Part shown: positions 1-4,696 of the stretch, piece by piece
Numbering within the stretch: position 1 is the stretch's first letter
How the letters are laid out: each line of letters begins with the position of its first letter
Assembly: GCA_044356455.1 (NCBI GenBank)
Contig: JBIKWF010000131.1
Span: forward strand, 1-11,097
Source of the DNA: Bdellovibrionota bacterium
Lineage (GTDB): Bacteria; Bdellovibrionota_C; UBA2361; JBGSMV01
Direction: 5' to 3'
Length of the DNA stretch: 11,097 bases
Made by a program: the position numbers and the translations under genes
Notes under the pieces: model-generated
Databases searched by the model: none
What the model was told of the DNA's origin: nothing
What the model saw: the letters and a program-made list of their open reading frames with translations, nothing else

Positions 1-50
1 CCCGGCGTGCCGAAACAAATGTTCGGCACGCCGGGGACGGCGCGCCCTAC
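1..50. repeat. REP-like doublet: right end of a + strand copy (1-11, truncated by the window) and a full - strand copy (25-50)
   Basis: The reverse complement of 25-50 reads GTAG-GGCGCGCCG-TCCC-CGGCGTGCC. Positions 1-14 and 22-35 are perfectly complementary. It lies just downstream of the HiPIP stop codon. Confidence 0.8.
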
Positions 51-70
51 CGGAATACGCCTTCTAGGAT

Positions 71-439
71 TTAGGCAGGCTTCGCAGCAAACGACATGCA
101 CCAGCCATTTTCATTCACGAGGCCAGTGGCAAAGAGGCTGCATTTTCCATAAGTCCCGTCTTTGCCGGCGATCTTCTGGCCACCCTGAGTGTAGAGCGCG
201 CATTTGCTGCAGGCACTGCCCTTTGCAATCGCATCTTTGGCTTGAGGAAAGCGGGTGGTGTCGGCTTTAGTGTAGTCCGCGACATACCCGAGCGCTTTGG
301 ACATGGGCGCTGCCTCATCTACTGGTGCTGCGGCTTGTGCCTGCGCAAGCGTGCCGTCAGCCAGTGTTTTTAGGATAGGAAACACTGAGGCAGCGAGAGC
401 GGTGTTACGAACAAACGTGCGGCGTGAGTAGTTGGCCAT
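71..439 (-). CDS. High-potential iron-sulfur protein (HiPIP) with Tat signal peptide, 122 aa
   Basis: ATG at 439 has a GGAGA RBS just upstream, so it is preferred over the 514 start. Twin-arginine signal SRRTFV ending in AQA/AAA. HiPIP motifs: ALGYV, CSKCALY, GKCSLF, VNENGWCMSF (four Cys ligands). Confidence 0.92.
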   Translation of the reverse strand: MANYSRRTFVRNTALAASVFPILKTLADGTLAQAQAAAPVDEAAPMSKALGYVADYTKADTTRFPQAKDAIAKGSACSKCALYTQGGQKIAGKDGTYGKCSLFATGLVNENGWCMSFAAKPA

Positions 440-662
440 GATGGTTCTCCAATCAGAGTAAATTGACGAGTTAAAGTCGTACTCGTATTTTGCTGCTCCC
501 GAGAAAAGGCGCAAGCAGCTGAAACCACAATATTTTTAATGGCTACCCGAGCATGGCTTCGAGTAGCGGTGTTCTTGCTTTAGTTGCCGAGCAGAGTTGG
601 TGGTCGCTAGTTTGCGGGGCCTCCCTGGGAACCCCTTAAAAACTTCGATATCTCATTTTTCT

Positions 663-736
663 CTCTGTGAGCTCTGTGCTCTCTGTGGTTTTTTCCGCAA
701 TTTAAATCAACCACAGAGGGCGCAGAGTTCACAGAG
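663..736. repeat. 28-bp imperfect inverted repeat built from CACAGAG units (REP-like palindrome of a second family)
   Basis: Arms 663-690 (CTCTGTGAGCTCTGTGCTCTCTGTGGTT) and 709-736 (AACCACAGAGGGCGCAGAGTTCACAGAG) give 25/28 Watson-Crick pairs with an 18-nt loop. Confidence 0.8.
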
Positions 737-794
737 CAGACTTCTTCAGTGCTTCCTAACCCCCGCTTGCTTGCTGAATTATTCGGCAGACCCC

Positions 795-1220
795 TTATCC
801 AACAAATGGGTTTCGAATTTCCAGGTTCTCATAGATACGGTTGTGTTGCAGGTCCTCGGAATACAGAACTGTGCATTCGCTATCGAGGGCGGCGGCAAGA
901 ATGAGTGAGTCATAGAAGCTGAACCCGGTGTCTGTTCGAATGGTAAGCGCACGGCAAAAAAGCGACATTCTTGAGTGTGTGCTGCAAAGTGGCTGGAGAA
1001 CCTTGAGGAGATATTCTCGAGAATCGGATTCAGAGATGGTTTTCTTAAATTTTGTGGTGGCGACGTTCAGAAACTCTTGGGCCACCTGCCAACTGATTCT
1101 GCCCCTTCCGGAGTGTAGTCCCTCAAAAACCAAATCCTGAGCGATCTTTTTTTTCTGTGCGGACGAATCATCGAACGTGTAAATGAAGATATTGGTATCA
1201 AGAAAAAATCTAGCGCTCAT
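795..1220 (-). CDS. vapC: PIN-domain (VapC-family) toxin
   Basis: N-terminal FLDTNIFIY, middle QVAQEF, C-terminal SFYDSLILAAAL and LYSEDLQH give the PIN acidic residues. 141 aa, overlapping the upstream small gene by 11 nt. Confidence 0.92.
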   Translation of the reverse strand: MSARFFLDTNIFIYTFDDSSAQKKKIAQDLVFEGLHSGRGRISWQVAQEFLNVATTKFKKTISESDSREYLLKVLQPLCSTHSRMSLFCRALTIRTDTGFSFYDSLILAAALDSECTVLYSEDLQHNRIYENLEIRNPFVG

Positions 1221-1443
1221 TCATTTCCTCTCGAGAAAATTTTCTTCCAGGCTGAGCGCCCGATAGTCGTTTCATTAAACTGTTATACTCCTGCCGGGTT
1301 GTGGCAGGTCGGGTAAATTCTTCAAGCCATTCGCGAAACGCTTGATTGAGGGTTGTTCCGAGATCCGTAGATCGCTTTCGAGCGTTCTCGATGAGAGAGG
1401 CATCTGCGCTGAGGGTGATGTTTTTAAGGGATAGTTTTTTCAT
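1210..1443 (-). CDS. Putative antitoxin for the PIN toxin (ribbon-helix-helix-like), 77 aa
   Basis: KNITLSADASLIENARK...TTLNQAFREWL fits a strand-helix-helix pattern, and the C-terminal FSREEMNER is typical of VapB-type antitoxins. It sits directly upstream of and overlaps the PIN gene. Start chosen at ATG 1443 because the predicted promoter lies within the longer ORF extension. Confidence 0.82.
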   Translation of the reverse strand: MKKLSLKNITLSADASLIENARKRSTDLGTTLNQAFREWLEEFTRPATTRQEYNSLMKRLSGAQPGRKFSREEMNER

Positions 1444-1464
1444 GTATGAAATCCACATGTGCCA

Positions 1465-1502
1465 CACTATTCCAGTGTACGCGAGAATAGTGCGGTAAGC
1501 AA
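1465..1502 (-). promoter_or_regulatory. Sigma70-like promoter of the TA operon with an inverted-repeat operator
   Basis: On the minus strand: TTGCTT (1502-1497), 17-nt spacer, TACACT (1479-1474). The inverted repeat CACTATTC (1465-1472) / GAATAGTG (1485-1492) straddles the -10, as expected for TA autoregulation. Confidence 0.65.
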
Positions 1503-1732
1503 TTTCGTTTTGTATAAACAATTTCAGATAGTTGGGTCTTGGTGCGTGAGGGGCTCCAGCGCTTGCGCAGTGAGGGGCAGATTCGTCCGGTCAGCCCCTT
1601 TCCATAGATTGAGGTGGGCAGATTTCGGCGAAATTGCTCTTGGGAAAGGCTTGGTGCCGCTGTGCTACCTGAACGAGGCAGACTTCATTTCATTGGTTGG
1701 AAAGGGCGGTGCGCTGGATTAGTTTCAATGCC

Positions 1733-2185
1733 GTGACACAACATGAGTTCTTCTCAATTCATTTCCCCGCTTTTCTTCTCACCATGGGTCTCATTGTGGT
1801 GTGTGTGGTGCTGCACTACGAAGTTATGGTGTGGCTCTCAGAAGTTCTTGACCGCCTTAAGGCGCTGCGCCGTATGCGTATGGTGCTGGTGATCTTGGGT
1901 GCTATGGGTACGCACCTAGTTGAGATTTGGATTTTCGCCTTAGGCTATCTTGCTCTCGAGCGTTTCCATCTAGGAGAAGTTCTTCAGGGTAACGTTGGTC
2001 TTGGATTACTCGACATCGTTTATTTTTCCGGTGTGACCTTCACCACTATTGGCTATGGGGATGTTGTTCCGATTGGCCCTGCGCGTTTTATGGCAGCGAT
2101 GGAAGCGCTCACAGGGCTTGTGCTGATTGCGTGGTCGGCTTCGTTTACCTATGTCGAAATGGGGAGGTTCTGGCGTAAGCGTTGA
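1733..2185 (+). CDS. Potassium channel family protein (Ion_trans_2; pore module without RCK domain)
   Basis: Pore helix and selectivity filter IVYFSGVTFTTIGYGD flanked by hydrophobic helices, plus an extra N-terminal hydrophobic segment. The start is uncertain (TTG 1697, GTG 1733 or ATG 1784). Confidence 0.88.
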   Translation: MTQHEFFSIHFPAFLLTMGLIVVCVVLHYEVMVWLSEVLDRLKALRRMRMVLVILGAMGTHLVEIWIFALGYLALERFHLGEVLQGNVGLGLLDIVYFSGVTFTTIGYGDVVPIGPARFMAAMEALTGLVLIAWSASFTYVEMGRFWRKR

Positions 2186-2260
2186 AACTGGTGGATGGCC
2201 GAATGATCCTTTGCTTTTCGGCGTACATGCCCTGCGATTCTAGCATTGAAGGGAAAGATG

Positions 2261-2285
2261 GTAGGGCGCGCTGTCCCAGCGTGCC
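2261..2285 (+). repeat. GTAG-type REP copy
   Basis: GTAG-GGCGCGCTG-TCC-CAGCGTGCC hairpin. Confidence 0.8.
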
Positions 2286-2435
2286 GTGTTTCGAATCTGT
2301 AGGTTGCTTCCAATATGCAGCCACCGATTGATGCGCGACGAAAGGTCTGGGAGTCATGCTTTAGATTTGCGATGCCTTACGGCTTTCCTCAATCGACGCA
2401 AGTCGTGGCCGCGAGGCAGGTTGAGAGATCTTGTT

Positions 2436-2460
2436 GCGCCCTGGGGACAGGGCGCCCTAC
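2436..2460 (-). repeat. GTAG-type REP copy, facing the 2261 copy across a 150-nt spacer
   Basis: The reverse complement reads GTAG-GGCGCCCTG-TCCC-CAGGGCGC. Confidence 0.8.
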
Positions 2461-2492
2461 CTAGGACGTGGTATGTGCAAGAGGGGCCGAGA

Positions 2493-2514
2493 GAGAGAGT
2501 AGTGGCGTGCCGGC
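2493..2514. repeat. Left arm of a long-range inverted repeat enclosing the 2635-3198 gene (partner 3276-3297)
   Basis: GAGAGAGTAGTGGCGTGCCGGC versus the reverse complement of 3276-3297, GAGAGAGTAGTGGCGTGTCGGC: 21/22 identical. Confidence 0.9.
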
Positions 2515-2634
2515 GGCCCTTGTTGTTACAAGGACAAACCGGCAGCCATCGTGGACTTTTTTGCACTTCATCGAATGGGCCCAATCGATGACCTGCGAGT
2601 CCTTAGCTCAAGAAATGAGCTTCAGGGCTGCCGG

Positions 2635-3198
2635 TCAGGGTTTGGGCGAGGGCGGCACTTCCTTCCAGTCGAGCTTGATGCCATCCTTGTCGCACTCTTC
2701 TCCGACCTTGATGCTCATCCCGCCGCTCACCCAGTAGGACAACGTGACGGGGTACTTCACTTCGCCGACGAGCGGCTTGCCCGTCCACGTTCCCTTCGCC
2801 ACGCGCTCGCCGTCGCAGGTCTCGACGATGAGATCTCCCGACGGCAGCAGACGCATCGTTCCGGTGACGACCACCTGGGTCTTGCCGCTGTCGCTCATCC
2901 CGGGGGACTGCTTCTCGCAGTTGGCGGGAGGAGGAGGGGTCTGCGGAGTTGCGGGTTCCGGCTCCTTGTGTCCGTGGCACCCGGCACCTCCCTTGCAGCC
3001 CGGAGTGCCGCACTTCGTGCAGCCGACCTGAGAGGCGAGCTGACGCCCTTGCTCCTTCTTCGCCTCGAGTTCGTCACACTGCTCTTCCGTCATGTGGGAC
3101 TTGTGGTGGCGGTGACCTGCGCACCCGGCCGCTCCAAGGCAGAACGCAAGCGCTCCGACCGCAGCGGCCAACAAAAACCTCGTATTAGGACGTTTCAC
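2635..3198 (-). CDS. Hypothetical lipoprotein with His/Cys-rich N-terminal region, 187 aa
   Basis: GTG at 3198 has a GGAG RBS at 3207-3204. Basic N-region, hydrophobic stretch and LGAAG/C lipobox, then HRHHKSH, CTKCGTPGCKGGAGCHGH, a Pro-rich linker and a beta-rich C-terminal domain. Strong G/C-ending codon bias in this frame. Confidence 0.8.
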   Translation of the reverse strand: MKRPNTRFLLAAAVGALAFCLGAAGCAGHRHHKSHMTEEQCDELEAKKEQGRQLASQVGCTKCGTPGCKGGAGCHGHKEPEPATPQTPPPPANCEKQSPGMSDSGKTQVVVTGTMRLLPSGDLIVETCDGERVAKGTWTGKPLVGEVKYPVTLSYWVSGGMSIKVGEECDKDGIKLDWKEVPPSPKP

Positions 3199-3275
3199 GA
3201 TAACTCCAATCTGGGGCATTTAAGCCCCAACGATGTCACCGTGTCACAGCCGAAAACCCTCGCGTTAAGGGTCCA

Positions 3276-3297
3276 GCCGACACGCCACTACTCTCTC
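3276..3297. repeat. Right arm of the long-range inverted repeat enclosing the 2635-3198 gene (lies in its predicted 5' UTR)
   Basis: GCCGACACGCCACTACTCTCTC is complementary to 2493-2514. Confidence 0.9.
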
Positions 3298-3330
3298 AAT
3301 CTACCGTTTTACTGGGGCTGGATTCAGCCG

Positions 3331-3384
3331 TTTGGAATGAACTTTAACCTGATGGGGTTATACGCCAAATGGGTCACCAATCAA
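3331..3384 (-). promoter_or_regulatory. Sigma70-like promoter plus boxA-like motif for the 2635-3198 gene
   Basis: On the minus strand: TTGATT (3384-3379), 16-nt spacer, TATAAC (3362-3357), then GTTCATTCCAAA (3342-3331) 14 nt downstream. Confidence 0.55.
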
Positions 3385-3401
3385 GGTTTTAGAGACAAAG
3401 T

Positions 3402-3455
3402 TTGACTAGCTAGTTTCGAGGGACTAGGTTCCTCTGGAACAGCGTTCTTTCCCAC
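3402..3455 (+). promoter_or_regulatory. Sigma70-like promoter plus boxA-like motif for the 3640-4173 gene
   Basis: TTGACT (3402-3407), 17-nt spacer, TAGGTT (3425-3430), then GTTCTTTCCCAC (3444-3455) 13 nt downstream. Confidence 0.55.
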
Positions 3456-3469
3456 AATATCAATAATTT

Positions 3470-3499
3470 GCAGAAGAGCAGCAGAGAAGGTTTTCTTCT
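3470..3499. repeat. 5' arm of a long-range imperfect inverted repeat enclosing the 3640-4173 gene (partner 4358-4390)
   Basis: GCAGAAGAGC (3470-3479) pairs with GCTCTTCTGC (4381-4390). AGCAG (3480-3484) pairs with CTGCT (4375-4379). TTTCTTCT (3492-3499) pairs with AGAAGAGG (4358-4365) using G-U pairs. Confidence 0.7.
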
Positions 3500-3512
3500 G
3501 AGGTTTTTAGGT

Positions 3513-3580
3513 GTGCTGGGCTTTTTTAGCCGGCGACTAGTTCTCTATTTCTCTTGTCGTTAGCTAGAAAAGTCCAGCAC
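3513..3580 (+). other. 25-bp hairpin in the leader of the 3640 gene
   Basis: Arms 3513-3537 and 3556-3580 give 20 Watson-Crick pairs, 4 G-U pairs on the + strand and 1 mismatch, with an 18-nt pyrimidine-rich loop. Confidence 0.75.
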
Positions 3581-3639
3581 GCGTGCTGAAACAATCCTTC
3601 CCCTCCTGGACTTGGGGAATCAACAGAAAGGAGGTTGCT

Positions 3640-4173
3640 ATGCGCATGGCAATCTTCGGTAAGTTGGCGGGACTCGGCCGGAACAATCTGGCCCAAAGTC
3701 CCAAACCGGTGCTCGGCGTGGCCTTGTTGGCTATGCTGAGCGTGAACCTCGGTGGTTGCATTACGGATCCCAAAGATTCGGACGGCAACAAGGCCGAGGC
3801 GCACAAACTCCTCGGTGTCCGGCCTGGTGCGGGGGAACTCCCCGATATCACCAGGAACACCACCCTCTCGGGGCACTACGAGCGGATGATGCTCCCCGAT
3901 GGGTCGTACGGCATGGTGCTCTGCACCATGGACATGGTCTACCTCAGTCAGGCTCAGGTGGACAACCTGGATGCTGACACCATGTTGACTCCCTTCAAGG
4001 CCTTTGGCCTGGTTGGGGCTGGCGTCGAGGGCTTGGGTGAAGGCACCCACGCCTTCGGGATCTCGAGGAAGAAGTACGACGAGGCGGTGCGTCTGTCTGG
4101 GAATCTCACCCAGAACATCAACAAGACCACGCGCAAGATCGTCGTCCCCCCTACCGCGCCCGATCCCCAGTGA
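3640..4173 (+). CDS. Hypothetical lipoprotein, 177 aa
   Basis: Near-perfect RBS AAGGAGGT (3628-3635) before ATG 3640. Long N-region, hydrophobic stretch VLGVALLAMLSV and LGG/C lipobox. Strong G/C-ending codon bias. No family recognised. Confidence 0.82.
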   Translation: MRMAIFGKLAGLGRNNLAQSPKPVLGVALLAMLSVNLGGCITDPKDSDGNKAEAHKLLGVRPGAGELPDITRNTTLSGHYERMMLPDGSYGMVLCTMDMVYLSQAQVDNLDADTMLTPFKAFGLVGAGVEGLGEGTHAFGISRKKYDEAVRLSGNLTQNINKTTRKIVVPPTAPDPQ

Positions 4174-4357
4174 TCCGGCGTGAAGTCGGCGATTGCAAAG
4201 CTCGGCGGCTGGTCCGACAGGAGCAGCCGCTGATTATGGCGTTATGATTAGGTGGCCTAAAGCTAGGCAGTCCGTTCGCACGAACAGATCGCCAGCCTTG
4301 GAGTTTCTCCCGTAGAAGCAGAAATGTTCTCTGCGGGCAGACTCCTAGGGCGTTCTA

Positions 4358-4390
4358 AGAAGAGGTTCTCCCCCCTGCTCGCTCTTCTGC
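4358..4390. repeat. 3' arm of the long-range inverted repeat enclosing the 3640-4173 gene
   Basis: Complementary to 3470-3499 in three colinear blocks. It is followed at once by the GCGCCCT/AGGGCGC hairpin (4389-4417). Confidence 0.7.
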
Positions 4391-4546
4391 GCCCTTATCT
4401 TCTTCGAATAGGGCGCGAATACGTATTAATCCAGCTCATAAATTAAGCGCTTACTAAGCAGCCTCTGAAGAGGCGCCATTCTTCGCAACATGTTTATCTT
4501 CCTGCGAGTTCCTAGCGAACCCTGGATGCCGCGAAGCATTTGATTC

Positions 4547-4617
4547 GGCACCGCGAGGACGCGGAGCCCTATCTAGTGCAGCAGAGTTTCGGTAGGGCGC
4601 CGCGTCCCCGCGGTGCC
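4547..4617. repeat. Back-to-back REP doublet (4547-4572 minus, degenerate; 4592-4617 plus)
   Basis: Plus copy GTAG-GGCGCCGCG-TCCC-CGCGGTGCC. Minus copy ATAG-GGCTCCGCG-TCCT-CGCGGTGCC. 19-nt linker. Located between convergent genes. Confidence 0.8.
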
Positions 4618-4696
4618 GCAAGATCTTTCTACCCAGCACATGGTAAGGTTTCATCCCGCTCGTCGATGGCGCGCTTGCTCAGCGGAGCAAGGCCAC

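Noticed and set aside
440..514. N-terminal extension of the HiPIP ORF
   Set aside because: The RBS and Tat motif position support ATG 439.
2968..3021. Heme c binding motif in the Cys-rich lipoprotein
   Set aside because: The motifs are CTKCG and CKGGAGCH; neither is CxxCH.
2551..3405. 284-aa ORF on the + strand
   Set aside because: It is the antisense shadow of the GC-rich lipoprotein gene. It has no RBS, Arg/Leu/His-rich shadow composition, and runs through promoter sequence.
3526..4050. 174-aa and 99-aa minus-strand ORFs
   Set aside because: Both are antisense to the 3640 gene, which has the strong RBS, signal peptide and codon bias.
4174..4250. Possible integron attC site (hairpin followed by GCGTTATG)
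   Set aside because: There is no matching RYYYAAC inverse core, no integrase in the window, and the genes are divergent rather than in a tandem array.
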